Positions 1 to 10,989 are shown, counted from the first letter of the stretch. The stretch: 64,000 nucleotides of DNA from an uncultured Gammaproteobacteria bacterium (GCA_963729605.1 CAVSNY010000002.1:32001-96000), one strand, 5' to 3'. Program-made: numbers and translations. The notes: generated by a model not told the origin, from the letters alone.

Positions 1-994
1 GCAACACCCCGCCGCCGGCGCCGATCTCATAAATGGAAATGCTGCTGGCCCGCACATTGGCGCTGTAAAGATAGCGGCCATTGGGATGCACGCTCACCGA
101 GAAGGGGCCGGTCCCGGAAGCGCTGTTCATGAGATGGCGCAACCCGCCGTCGTCTTGATTCAGCGCGAACACCGCCACATCGTCGCTGCCGAAATTGGCG
201 CTGTACAAATGGTGTTGGAGCGGCGACAGCGCCAGGGCGTAGGGGTAGAGCGGCGCGGGAAATTCGCCGAGCGGCAGCAAGGCGCCGCTGTCGCGGTCGA
301 TGCGGAAGCTGAGGATGGTACTGGCGATGCCGTTGGCGATGTAGAGATAACGACCGTGTTTATCCACCGCGATGGCGCTGGGCTGCGCGCTGGTCGCCAC
401 CGTGGCCAGCGGAGTCAGCGCGCCGCTGTTGGTGTCGATGCCGAACACCTCGGCGGTATCCGACAGATAATTCGCCACATAGGCGTAACGGCCGCCAGGC
501 CCGATGGTGATGGCGAGCGGGTAGTCGCCGGTGGCGTAGATCCCGATTTCATGCAGTCCGCCATCGCCGGCGACGCGGTAGGCGGAAAGACTGTCGTTAT
601 AGGCGTTGGCGACATAGAGAAAGCGGCCGTTCGGCGTTATCGCCACGGCCTCGGGTATCGCCTGAGTGGCGGCATCGGGGGGTTGGTGAGTGAGGCCGCC
701 GGTCGCCGGGTCGATGGCGTAGACCGCCACCGTGTTGTCATGCAGGTGCGTGACATAGAGATAATCGCCGCCGGGGTGTATCGCCAAGGCCCGCGGCCCC
801 GCGCCCGCCGCTACGCTGCCCAGCGCGATCAATCCGCCGCTGCGGTCGTCGATGAGATAAGTCGAGAGGGTGTTGTCGTAGAGATTCGCGCTGTACAAGA
901 ACCGCGCGCCGGCTCGAGCCTCGGCGCCGCCCGCCGCAACGTTGAAACTCAGCAAGCACAGGAGGCATAAGCAAATCGTGCAGCGAACGCCCAT
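1..994 (-). CDS. Secreted lactonase-family (6-phosphogluconolactonase-like) beta-propeller protein, truncated by the window start
   Basis: Not in the ORF track because it runs off the edge. My translation begins MGVRCTICLCLLCLLSFNVAAG (signal-like), followed by repeats such as HPGGDYLYVTH, TPNGRFLYVAN and HPNGRYLYSAN. The listed + ORF 86..970 is its antisense shadow. Confidence 0.8.
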   Translation of the reverse strand, partial: MGVRCTICLCLLCLLSFNVAAGGAEARAGARFLYSANLYDNTLSTYLIDDRSGGLIALGSVAAGAGPRALAIHPGGDYLYVTHLHDNTVAVYAIDPATGGLTHQPPDAATQAIPEAVAITPNGRFLYVANAYNDSLSAYRVAGDGGLHEIGIYATGDYPLAITIGPGGRYAYVANYLSDTAEVFGIDTNSGALTPLATVATSAQPSAIAVDKHGRYLYIANGIASTILSFRIDRDSGALLPLGEFPAPLYPYALALSPLQHHLYSANFGSDDVAVFALNQDDGGLRHLMNSASGTGPFSVSVHPNGRYLYSANVRASSISIYEIGAGGGVL

Positions 995-1424
995 CGGGAT
1001 GCCATCCGTTTTGAATGATTGCCGCGGAAAACGCTGAAAATCGCTCCATGAATTTTCGGGGCCGAAAAACAAAAATGTGATTTTTGCCTTCTTCAATTTC
1101 CAGTCATGGCAGCGATTGGCGGGTGACGGCGGATCTTTTGCGCCGCACGGAGGCTCTACTAAATCAGAGGTTCCTTGGGTTAAGTATAGTTCGCGCGCGG
1201 GGCGGCGCGATTTTGTCCGGGCGCTTGATCATCCAAGTTGCTCAAGCAAGCACGGTACGCCTGATTGGATCGTATGCAAAAGCCGACTATAGTTGTTAGA
1301 GCAACCGTGCGTTGCAAATCGTTCCACCCGACCTGCATTCCTTGAATTTCAGGCTGAGATCGTTAATGTCTCTTGCGCCGTGGTTGCCGGCGCGATGACG
1401 GTTATCGTAAAAAGGAGATGAGCC

Positions 1425-1727
1425 ATGGTTAAACTGGGTTTGTTTGTCCGACTGGAAGCCAAACCGGGTAAAGAAGCGGCCGTCGAGGATTTTTTGTGCG
1501 GCGGATTACCGGTGGTCGAGCAGGAGCCGGCGACCACCGCCTGGTTCGCGCTGCGTTTGGGGCCGAGCAGCTTCGGCATTTTCGATGTCTTCCCCAATGA
1601 GGCGGGCCGCCAGGCGCATCTAGCGGGCCGGGTTGCCGCGGCCTTGATGGCCCAGGCCCCCGACCTGTTGGCGCAAGCGCCGGTCATCGAGAAGATCGAG
1701 GTGCTCGCCGCCAAGCTGCCCGGTTAG
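1425..1727 (+). CDS. ABM-family (antibiotic biosynthesis/quinol monooxygenase-like) protein
   Basis: 100 aa with LEAKPGKE...EPATTAWFALRLGPSSFGIFDVF pattern; AGGAG RBS upstream. Confidence 0.8.
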   Translation: MVKLGLFVRLEAKPGKEAAVEDFLCGGLPVVEQEPATTAWFALRLGPSSFGIFDVFPNEAGRQAHLAGRVAAALMAQAPDLLAQAPVIEKIEVLAAKLPG

Positions 1728-1898
1728 CGCGTTTGCGCATACCGCGCCGTCTGCCGTTGTCGGCGCATGAAGCGGCATGTAAAACTGCCGTGCTGCTACG
1801 GCGCGGCGGTGGCGGGATTGCGCGGCGCCGAGGCCGAAGGCGTTGGGTCTGCGCGTATTGATTGAACCCTGAGTATTCAATGAGTCCTGGAGAAAATA

Positions 1899-2543
1899 AT
1901 GGCGGTTGAACCCCGGCTCCGCATCGATGTGTGGAGCGATTATGTGTGTCCGTTCTGTTACCTGGAGTTGCCGGTGCTTGACCGCTTGCAGGAGACCTTC
2001 GGCGCCGAGTTGCAAATCCATTGGCGGGCGTTTGAACTCAGACCCGAGCCCGTGCCCACCCTCGATCCAGCCGGCAATTATCTGCGCGACATCTGGGCGC
2101 GCGCCGTGTATCCGATGGCGGCGCGGCGCGGCATGACATTGCGCCTGCCGCCGGTGCAGCCGCGCAGCCGGCGGGCCTTGGAGGCCGCGGTGCACGCGCG
2201 CGAACAAGGCGGTTTCGATGTCATGCACCATGCCTTGTTCCGCGGGTTTTTCGAGGACGGCCGCGACATCGGTCAAACCGAAGTCCTGCTGGAAATCGCC
2301 GCATCGGTGGGAATGCAAATCGAGCCTCTGCAACAAGCGCTGGCGGAGGGACGCCACACCGCCGAGGTCTTGCGCGACCAGCGGCTGGCGAACGACCTGG
2401 GCGTGTCCGCCGTCCCGACTCTGCTGTTGCGCACGTCGGGCGCGGAATGGCGCGACGCGCTTCCGCTGAGCGGCGCCCTGTCCTACGAACATGTGTTCGG
2501 GGTGGTGGAGAATCTGCGGCGCGGTGAGGTCGCAGCGCGTTGA
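1899..2543 (+). CDS. DsbA/FrnE-family oxidoreductase
   Basis: N-terminal IDVWSDYVCPFCY (CxxC), FELRP, and GVSAVPT cis-Pro loop. Confidence 0.85.
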   Translation: MAVEPRLRIDVWSDYVCPFCYLELPVLDRLQETFGAELQIHWRAFELRPEPVPTLDPAGNYLRDIWARAVYPMAARRGMTLRLPPVQPRSRRALEAAVHAREQGGFDVMHHALFRGFFEDGRDIGQTEVLLEIAASVGMQIEPLQQALAEGRHTAEVLRDQRLANDLGVSAVPTLLLRTSGAEWRDALPLSGALSYEHVFGVVENLRRGEVAAR

Positions 2544-2732
2544 ATGGCGGCCGGCGATGAGCGCCACGTGATCCGCTGCCGACGCATGGCCGGCATGTCT
2601 TTACTTGCGGGCCCTGCGATATGCGGCATGTCGTCACGCAGGGTAGATGGCGCATTGCCTGCGTGAAATGAAATTACAAAGGGCCGGGTGAACAAGCTCG
2701 GCTCGTTAATTGCCGAGGGCGTCGATGACTAT

Positions 2733-2826
2733 CCCCTCTCCCGCGGGCGGGAGAGGGCCAGGGTGAGGGGGTGAAGCAAGAGTGCCGCGCGGGCGCCGCA
2801 ATGCTACACCGATGCGCCCTCACTCC
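2733..2826. repeat. REP-like palindromic element (CCCTCTCCC/GGGAGAGGG type)
   Basis: CCCTCTCCC-GCGGGC-GGGAGAGGG hairpin, then GGGTGAGGG that can pair with CCCTCACTCC near 2817; lies between convergent genes. Confidence 0.55.
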
Positions 2827-2918
2827 ACGGCTACGCCCCCTCGCGCCGTTCTCCACCGCGGGGGTTACATCGGCCATGCCGTCGCCGGCCTACTCGCGGC
2901 TACCGCGCCTCGCCGGGA

Positions 2919-5084
2919 TCAAGACACCGCCTGCAATTTGGCGTAGGCCAACACCAGCCACTTGCTGCCCGCGGCGGCGAAGTTGACCTGCACGCGCGCG
3001 CTGCTGCCCTGGCCTTCGTAATTGGTGACGACACCTTCGCCGAATGTGGCGTGCATCACGTGTTGTCCCAGCCGTAAACCGCCGGGTGGGTTTTCCGCCG
3101 CCGGCGCCGCGTAATTCGTTAAACCGGCCGGCGGTGAGATGCGCGCGTGCGACCGCACCTCGCGTATCAATTCCGCCGGAATCTCGCTCAAAAAACGCGA
3201 AGGACGCGGAAAGGTTTCACTGCCGTGCAGACGGCGGCTCTCGGCGTGGGTGAGATACAACTCGCGCTCGGCGCGGGTGATGCCGACGTAACATAAGCGT
3301 CGCTCTTCTTCGAGCCGGCCCGGTTCCTCGATCGACATCTGATGCGGAAATAAACCTTCTTCCACGCCGCAGATGAACACCAGGGGAAACTCCAGGCCTT
3401 TCGCCGAGTGCAGCGTCATCAACTGCACGCAGTCGTCCCATTGATTGGCTTGGCCTTCGCCCGCCTCCAACGCGGCGTGGGTGAGAAACGCGGAAAGCGG
3501 ATCGAGTTCGCTGTCCTCCGGCGCGGGGAATTGCCGCGCGGCGGTGACCAGCTCTTCCAGGTTTTCCACCCGCGCCTGACCGATCTCGCCCTTTTCCTTG
3601 CGGTAGTGGTCGAGCAGGCCGCTGTGATGAATGACGTGTTCAGTCTTGTCGCCCAGCTCCAATTGCGCGGTGTCGGCGGCGAGGCGTTCGATGAGATCGA
3701 CGAATATTTTTAGCGCCGAACTGGCGCGCCCCGTCAAATCGGTAGTGGCGAGCAGCATGCGGCAAGCACTGAACAGCGGGATCTGTTTTTGCCGCGCGAG
3801 ATCGCGCACCGTCGCCACCGTGCGTTCGCCGATGCCGCGGGTCGGCGTGTTCACCACCCGCTCGAACGAGGCGTCGTCGTCGCGGTTGGCGATGAGGCGG
3901 AGATAGGCGAGGGCGTCCTTGATTTCGGCGCGCTCGAAGAAACGCAGTCCGCCGTAAACGCGATAAGGCATGCCGACCGCCAGCAGCGCCTCTTCCAACA
4001 CCCGCGATTGCGCGTTGGAGCGATAAAGAATCGCCGCCTCGTCGCGGCGGTTGCCTTCCTCCGCCCAGCGCCGCAGACGTTCGACGATGAAACGCGCCTC
4101 GTCGAATTCGTTGAAGGCCGCGTAGAGCAGGATGGGCTCACCTTGTTCGCCGCGGGTCCACAGCTCCTTGCCGAGGCGGCCGCTGTTGTGACCGATCAGC
4201 GCGTTGGCCGCCTCGAGTATGGTGCGTGTCGAACGGTAATTTTCCTCGAGGCGCAACACCCGCGTGCCGGGAAAATCCTTGCTGAAACGCTGAATGTTTT
4301 CGATGCGCGCGCCGCGCCAGCCATAAATCGATTGATCGTCGTCGCCCACCGCGAACAGATAACGCGATCGCCCGCCAGCAATCGCAGCCAGGCGTATTGC
4401 AAGGTGTTGGTGTCCTGAAACTCATCGACCAGAATGTGCTGAAAGCGCTGGCGGTAGTGGGCGAGCAGCGCGGTGTTGTCGCGTAATAACTCGTGCGCGC
4501 GCAGCAGCAACTCGGCGAAATCCACCAGTCCGGCACGCCGGCAATTGTCCTCGTAAGCCTGATAAATGCGCAGCATCTGGGTCGTGAAGAGGTCGCCGCG
4601 GGCGTCGACGTGCTGCGGGCGCAGGCCCTCCTCCTTGCGGCCGTTGATGAACCACTGCGCCTGTTTGGGCGGCCACTGGGCCTCGTCGATCTCCAAGCTC
4701 TTCAGCAGGCGGCGGATCAACGCGGTATTGATCGTCGGAATCGAGGATTTGAAAGGTCTGCGGCAGATGGGCCTCGCGCCAGTGCGCGCGCAACAAACGG
4801 TGCGCGAGGCTGTGGAAGGTGCCCACCCACATGCCGCCCACCGGGATACCCAGCAGTTGTTCGGTGCGGCCGCGCATCTCGGCGGCGGCCTTGTTGGTGA
4901 AGGTCACCGCCAGCATGCCGTAGGGCGAGGCGCCCTCGACGCGGATCAGCCAGGCGATGCGGTGCACCAGCACGCGGGTCTTGCCGCTGCCGGCACCGGC
5001 GATCACCAGCACCGGCCCGGCCGGGCTGGTCACCGCGTCGCGCTGGGCATCGTTAAGGGGGTCGAGCAGATCGGAAACATCCAT
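2919..5084 (-). CDS. uvrD: DNA helicase II, split by two frameshifts (probably sequencing errors)
   Basis: Motifs AGAGSGKT, TFTNKAA, LVDEFQDTN, VGDDDQSIYGWRG, LMTLHSAKGLEFP and EEERRLCYVG are spread over three ORF pieces; +1 base near 4721, -1 base near 4362. Confidence 0.93.
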
Positions 5085-5249
5085 GGCGGGCATTTTAACA
5101 GATGCGGCGGGGGTGCCGGGGATGCGTTGAGTGTGAGGAGGAGAGGGTTGTTGGGCATTATCCCGCTTCAATCTTTTGAGTGGCAGGCCCGCATGCTGGG
5201 GGGGTGTGGGGGAGTGACGGAGCGATGCAGAAGCTTGCCCGATACCCAA

Positions 5250-5921
5250 TTAAAGCGCGTTCTGCAATAGGCTTTTTGCGACACTCTCGACGAGGCTGAC
5301 CTTGCCGTAAATTAGCTCACTATGTGCGCTGTCAGTCCTGTCGAGCATTAGGTAGGGTATCCCGAGATAGTCACAGTAGAGTTTTAATTGAGGCTTGTCC
5401 GGTTCGCCCGCATGAGCGACTAGGTGGCGAACTAATTTGCACTCGGTTCTCGGATTTGGGGGAAGGCTCGCGTCTTTATATTCTGGGTAGTCGCTAGACT
5501 CCGGAAAAGATAACTCGATAATTTGAAATAGAAGCATGATCTTTGTCATCGGGTCTTCTGCGGCTGCCGCAAGTGCCCAAAGTCGTAGTTGGATTGGAAG
5601 GATGTAGTTCCACTTCTGCGGTCCAGTTCCAGCCGGGATTGCTCCATGGATGGCCCAACTTAGCCGAAGATCGGCAGTGACACTTTTGGTCAACATTTGC
5701 GCATTCAAGCGAACGCAGGTTAGGAAGAAGAGCCGATCAAGTTCTCGATCAATCAAGTACTGTGCCGTCTTGTCCTCCTCTTGCGGTGTAGTAATTGCGA
5801 TGTATGTGCCGTCGTCTAGCGTATCGACGGTCATCGACTCCGGTAGTATCGAGCGCAATGACCGCAGATCGACGTCGAGTTTCTCACCCTTATGTATGAG
5901 ACGGAAGCGTGTTACTGGCAT
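5250..5921 (-). CDS. Hypothetical protein with a putative HEPN (RxxxxH) motif
   Basis: 223 aa; helix KIMLLFQIIE followed by RHLVAH, as seen in ApeA/MauJ-like HEPN proteins. Confidence 0.5.
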   Translation of the reverse strand: MPVTRFRLIHKGEKLDVDLRSLRSILPESMTVDTLDDGTYIAITTPQEEDKTAQYLIDRELDRLFFLTCVRLNAQMLTKSVTADLRLSWAIHGAIPAGTGPQKWNYILPIQLRLWALAAAAEDPMTKIMLLFQIIELSFPESSDYPEYKDASLPPNPRTECKLVRHLVAHAGEPDKPQLKLYCDYLGIPYLMLDRTDSAHSELIYGKVSLVESVAKSLLQNAL

Positions 5922-6074
5922 TGAAAAAATACCGCATCAATTTTGGCTCGCGGGCTGCATTTTTGTAGATATCAACGAGCCGTGCTCAACGTTCGAGGAT
6001 GCTCTTCAAAGCGGCCGTTCAAATGCATCGCCCGCACGTGATCACCTATGCTGTGCCGTATGCACTTGCTAATC

Positions 6075-8453
6075 TCACGGCACATTGGTCACCTGCACGA
6101 CGGCATTAGCCATAGTTATGTACAGCGTGGTGCCGGCTATCGAAACGCCAATTGGCAAATTCAATACGCCGGGTAACGCGCCTGGTACAAACCCTCTTGC
6201 GCCGGCTGTGCCTACAACAGTCGAGACGATCCCTGTTGGGGTGATCTTGCGGATGATGTGGTTGCCGGTATCCGCGACATATACATTACCAGCAGCATCG
6301 GTCGCGATGCCTTTTGGTCCGTTAAAGCTTGCTGCGCCTCCGATACCATCAACGTGCCCTACTACATGAGACGTGCCGGCCAGTGTCGTGACAACCCCTT
6401 CCGAGGTGATCTTACGGATGATGTGGTTGCCAGTGTCTGCAACATAAATATTCCCGTTAGCGTCGGTCGCGATGCCTACAGGAGAGACAAAACTTGCTGC
6501 CGATCCTGTTCCGTCCGCACCGTCACCCACGCAGGACAAATTAGGTCGCCAAGTAAAACCAGCCAAGGTGGTAACATTCCCAGCCGGAGTAATTTTGCGG
6601 ATGGTGCAATTGTAGGTATCCGCTACATAGATGTTGCGGTTAGGGTCTGCAGCAACACCCATGGGTGAGGAAAAACGTGCACTCGGGCCACTGCCATCGG
6701 CACTGCCTGGCCATGGCGGTGAAAAACCGGCAAGCGTCGTAACGTCCCCCGATGGGCTGATCTTGCGAATTGTGCTGTTTCCAGTGTCCGCGATATACAC
6801 ATAACCTGCATTGTCGGTCGTGACCCCACGGGGGGAAGAAAACAGTGCACCTGAAGCAGGGCCGTCGCTATTGCCATTTACCCCTGCCGCACCAGCCAGA
6901 GTTGTAACCGCGCCAGCCGGTGTGATCTTGCGGATCGTATGATTCCCGGTGTCCGCCACATAGATGTTACTGAGGCTATCGGTAGCAATGCCCGCAGGGC
7001 CCGTAAAACGCGCGGTCTCGCCTACACCGTCAGTAGTGCCAGACAAATCGGGGGCACCGGCTAGCGTAGTCGTCACACCAGCCGGCGTAATCTTGCGGAT
7101 AACATGACTGCCTCCATCCGCCACATAGACATTTCCATCGATATCAACTGCAACACCATACGGGCCTCTAAAACTCGCTGTTGCACCAACACCATCAGCG
7201 TAGCCAGCGACGCCGGCGGTACCTGCTAATGTCGTTACGATACCCTCTGAGGTTATTTTGCGAATAGTGTTGTTTCCAGTGTCCGCTACAAAGGCATTGC
7301 CATCGCGATCAATTGCAATACCTGTTGGATTTAGAAACCTCGCCGCTGCCCCAGTGCCATCGACATTTCCTCCGCCTATAGCTCCAGCCAGCGTGGTGAC
7401 AACCCCGGCCTGAGTAATTTTACGGATTTCGTTGTGGTAGACATCCGTGACATAAACATTACCAGCTGCGTCGGTAGCAACAGCGGACGGGATAAAAAAA
7501 GAAGCCGGTGAATGAAGATCGATGTAAGTGGTCCCCGCCAGTGTCGTGACTACTCCCTCTGGCGTGATTTTGCGGATATTATGGTTGCCGTAATCCGCGA
7601 CGTAAATGTTTCCATGAATGTCGGTAGCAATGTCTACTGGCGAATGAAAACTAGCGGCTGCGCCGATGCCATTAGCGCTACCAGTTATACCTGCGGTCCC
7701 CGCCAATGTGGTAACTACACCGAGTGAGGTGATCTTGCGAATGGTGTGGTTGCCCTGATCTGCCACATAGATGTTTCCGCTAGTGTCAGTCGCAATCCCC
7801 GCAGGAATTTCAAAACGCGCGGCGCCGCCAATTCCATCAGCACTACCCATCGCTCCTGCGGAGCCAGCCAATGTCGTGACGACCCCCGTCGGCGTAATCT
7901 TGCGGATAACATGATTTCCTCCATCCGCCACATAAATATTTCCATTTCCATCCGTGGCAACAGCGTGCGGAAGGTCAAATCGCGCTGCTGTGCCATTACC
8001 ATTGGTATTGCCTGCGCCACCCGGATTTCCCGCTAGCAGCGATAGCACTGGAAGCGTTACACAGGTCACGACTATATTTGTGACGTTCGCATCAGCTATG
8101 GCACCGGAGCCATTTGTTATGGTGCAGTTTTGACCCGTCGGCGATATACCAATGGCTACGCCGTATGCGGAGCCGGAACTCAAAGTCGTCGCAAATTGAA
8201 AAGGTCCATCGGCGTTTAGATTGAGCTCATCGTAGCCATTGTTGCGAAACGCGACCGTGCCCTCTAACCCGATATGGTACCGCCTACGGTATAGCTGGAA
8301 TTAGAACCAGCACCGCCGCCGCACGCCGCAAGCCCGAACAACGCAATCAGGATGAGAACTAAGAAACAGCAACTCGTGCGCTGTGACGCTCGCGCACGAG
8401 AGCCGCTGGCTCGGTAGAGAGCCTCGTCCAAGCACACGGGAATTGCATGCATG
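6075..8453 (-). CDS. NHL-repeat beta-propeller lipoprotein; frameshift near 8266 separates the lipobox from the body
   Basis: About 12 repeats of GIATDxxGNIYVADxGNHxIRKITPxGVVTTLAG. The upstream ORF has LIALFGLAAC-GGG and YTVGGTISG, which continues in another frame as LEGTVAFRNNG...GSAYGV. Start codon uncertain. Confidence 0.8.
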
Positions 8454-8644
8454 TCAGAAATAATCGTATTATTTTCATTGTGATATTTTAAGGAAATATA
8501 CCGCGGATGATCGTGATCTCGCAAGGGCAACCCCTTCGCGACGGCGGTGAATTACCGGTCGTTTGCCGCGAGCTGCGGTTCGATCATCCGCTTCGCGCGG
8601 CCTTAACTCCAACGTTGAGCCTGTAGAAAACCCATTTTCGCATC

Positions 8645-9111
8645 TATACTGCTCGCTCAACTGTCAGAAGAGCTTGAGCAGAAAGATGCTGGATCGGCAG
8701 ATCAAAAATCAGTGAGCTCAAGATGAGCGCATCAGACGCTGATGGCGCTCGAAGGTGTCGGCCCCATCAGCGCCAGCGCGCTAGTCTCAGCCATCGGTGA
8801 TGCTCGCCAGTTCAAGAGTGGCCGGGATCTCGCCGCCTGGTTGGGGCTGGTTCCCAGTCAACACTCCAGTGGTGGCAAGGAGCGATTGGGGGCGATCTCA
8901 AAGCGCGGCGACACATACCTGCGCACCTTGTTGATTCATGGAGCACGCGGTGATCAGCAGCTGCGAAAAGAAAGAGGATCTTAAGAGCCAATGGTTCAAA
9001 GGAATCATGGCGAGGCGCAACAAGAATATCGCCACGGTAGCGCTTGCCAATAAAAACGCCCGTGTTATCTGGGCGGTTCTCAGTCGCGGTGAAAATTATC
9101 AGCCGGCCTGA
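8645..9111 (+). pseudogene. IS110-family (IS1111-type) transposase C-terminal remnant
   Basis: GVGPISASAL, LAAWLGLVPSQHSSGGK, ISKRGDTYLRTLLIHGAR; after a frameshift, NKNIATVALANKNARVIWAVL. The N-terminal DEDD domain is absent. Confidence 0.88.
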
Positions 9112-9397
9112 GAGGGTGGGCGCATTGTAAGAAATAGGTTTTGCAGGAGAAGGAGCGTTCCACCACGATTGCAGAGTGAATTGTATTGATGACAACCGGT
9201 CGAACCGGCACGTGTGAAACCTGACTATTGCGTGGGCCCTCTGGAAACAAGGCCGCTAGGGCGATCAGCTACACGTGAGTGGATATTCATTATGGCTCTG
9301 GGTATAAGCACCCTATACAGAAGCCGGATATACGGAAGCAGTCGTACTTGGGTTGTCAGAAAAACAGTTTGTTTGCAAAACGGGAGGAGTCCATATA
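9112..9397 (+). ncRNA. IS1111-type downstream non-coding region (seek/bridge RNA) ending in the right sub-terminal inverted repeat
   Basis: ~285 bp after the transposase stop with nested stems (CACGTGT 9209/ACACGTG 9271, CTGA/TCAG, GGCC/GGCC); ends GGGAGGAGTCCATAT at 9382-9396, typical of IS1111 right ends. Confidence 0.65.
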
Positions 9398-9513
9398 CAC
9401 AATAATCAAAGGGCATTGCGCCCTACGCGCTTAGAGTAACAAACAGAGAACAAGGCGCGGAATAGTGAGGGCATACGCCACGACTTACCTTTTATGTGTT
9501 CCCTAAGTGAGGG

Positions 9514-10623
9514 TTAGGCGATTGAAGTCAGCGCATAGCTGGTGCTTCGACCGCCTCCCGGTTCGCGCACGAGAATACCCCTACTGATGAGGTCGTTGAT
9601 GTCGCGCAAAGCGGTATCGGGCGAAGACTTTGTAAGCTGCGCCCATTTGGAAGACGTCATCTTGCCTTCAAATCCATCCAGCAGTCGATTGACAATTTTG
9701 CGCTGACGCTCATTAAGCGGATGATCTTTGAACGTCTCCCAAAACCGCGCCTTTTGAATGACGCCCGCAAGCGTCTGCTCCGCTCCTTCGATTGCGCGGT
9801 CAAGGCATTCCAAGAACCATTCCAGCCACGCGGTGATATCGAGAGCGCCCTTCTGCGTGGCTTCCAGAACGTCGTAATAGGCTTTGCGCTCAAGCCGGAT
9901 TTGCGCCGACATGCTGTAGAAGCGCTGCGGGCTTTGCTCGGACCGCGCCAACGCCATATCTGCAATGGCGCGCGCAATCCGCCCGTTTCCATCGTCAAAC
10001 GGGTGGATGGTGACAAACCATAAATGCGCTAGGGCGGCCTTGAGCACTGGATCGTGCGAGGTGTCTTCGCCGAACCATTTTAGGAAGGCCGCCACTTCTG
10101 ATTCAAGGCGAGACGCTTTTGGCGCTTCGTAATGCACACGCTCGCGCCCGATTGAGCCGGAGACGACCTGCATCGGACCTGAGCTATCGTCGCGCCACGC
10201 CCCGACGATGATTTTGGTCATGCCGCTGCGCCCGGTCGGGAACAGGGCGGCGTGCCATGCAAAGAGCCGTTCGTCCGTCAGCGGCGCTTGAAATTTCTGG
10301 GTGGCGTCAAGCATCATTTCCACGACGCCTTCGACGTTCCGGTCAGCTGGAGCAAGTGCGCCGATATCCATCCCGAGCCGTCGCGCGATGGACGACCGGA
10401 CTTGTTCCTTATCGAGTATCTCGCCTTCGATCTCGCTGGACTTGAGAACATCCTCCGTGAGGGTGGCGAGGACGGCCTCCGCGCGCAAATCGAATCCCAG
10501 TGCTTCCATTCGCCCAATCAGCCGCCCCTGCCGATGGCGAACTGGTGCAAGGCGCTGAGCCAGCGCCCCTTCGTCCCATCGGAAATTCGGCCAATCTTGC
10601 AATTCGTGGATATACGTCGGCAT
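9514..10623 (-). CDS. Fic family protein (DUF4172 N-terminus, C-terminal HTH)
   Basis: Canonical HPFDDGNGRIAR; N-terminal inhibitory SSEIEG; YIHELQDWPNFRWD start; C-terminal TALRDINDL...GGRSTSY. Confidence 0.9.
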   Translation of the reverse strand: MPTYIHELQDWPNFRWDEGALAQRLAPVRHRQGRLIGRMEALGFDLRAEAVLATLTEDVLKSSEIEGEILDKEQVRSSIARRLGMDIGALAPADRNVEGVVEMMLDATQKFQAPLTDERLFAWHAALFPTGRSGMTKIIVGAWRDDSSGPMQVVSGSIGRERVHYEAPKASRLESEVAAFLKWFGEDTSHDPVLKAALAHLWFVTIHPFDDGNGRIARAIADMALARSEQSPQRFYSMSAQIRLERKAYYDVLEATQKGALDITAWLEWFLECLDRAIEGAEQTLAGVIQKARFWETFKDHPLNERQRKIVNRLLDGFEGKMTSSKWAQLTKSSPDTALRDINDLISRGILVREPGGGRSTSYALTSIA

Positions 10624-10722
10624 TCTCCGCACCTCTTGCGGAGATTATGGCTGATATTCACCGCAAGCCGCAAGGTTAATCTCCGCAAAATATGCGGAGA
10701 TTATGGCCAATATTCGCCGCAG
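10623..10722. promoter_or_regulatory. Tandem (56-bp period) palindromic operator-like repeats upstream of fic
   Basis: TCTCCGCA-N6-TGCGGAGATTATGGC..ATATTC.CCGCA occurs at ~10624 and ~10680. Confidence 0.55.
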
Positions 10723-10989
10723 AGGTAAGGTTTTTGGGTATTTGCGGGTCCACGGGCAAAACTGGCGACAGGCACTCCTACTTATCTTTGCCCCAAGAAA
10801 GGCTGCGCCAGCTATCGCAAATCCAGTCGCCGCACCGATCTCGAAGGGGCTTCGACGCTCTTATTGCGGGGATGCAGCGCTATAGTTCCACGCTGCCATA
10901 GCTCATCCTCGGATGATGTATCCTTCGAATTTAATAGAATTAACTGCAAGAACTTTTGCATTAACATCCGATCCGCATGTAAATGAAGG

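Noticed and set aside
86-970. Long + strand ORF (294 aa), and similar antisense ORFs such as 27001..28968, 40286..41818 and 53361..55265
   Set aside because: Shadow ORFs opposite well-supported genes in high-GC DNA.
5085-5250. Expected att direct repeat of the tRNA-Arg 3' end at the island's left edge
   Set aside because: No copy of TGGCGCGCCCGGCGGG was seen, so the boundary remains approximate.
6075-8050. Periodic nucleotide repeats resembling an array or CRISPR
   Set aside because: They are degenerate in-frame NHL protein repeats; no identical repeats with spacers and no cas genes.
8585-8620. attC-like right half (…CCTTAACTCCAACGTTGAGC)
   Set aside because: GTTRRRY is present, but I found no matching upstream RYYYAAC/L box, no array and no integron integrase.
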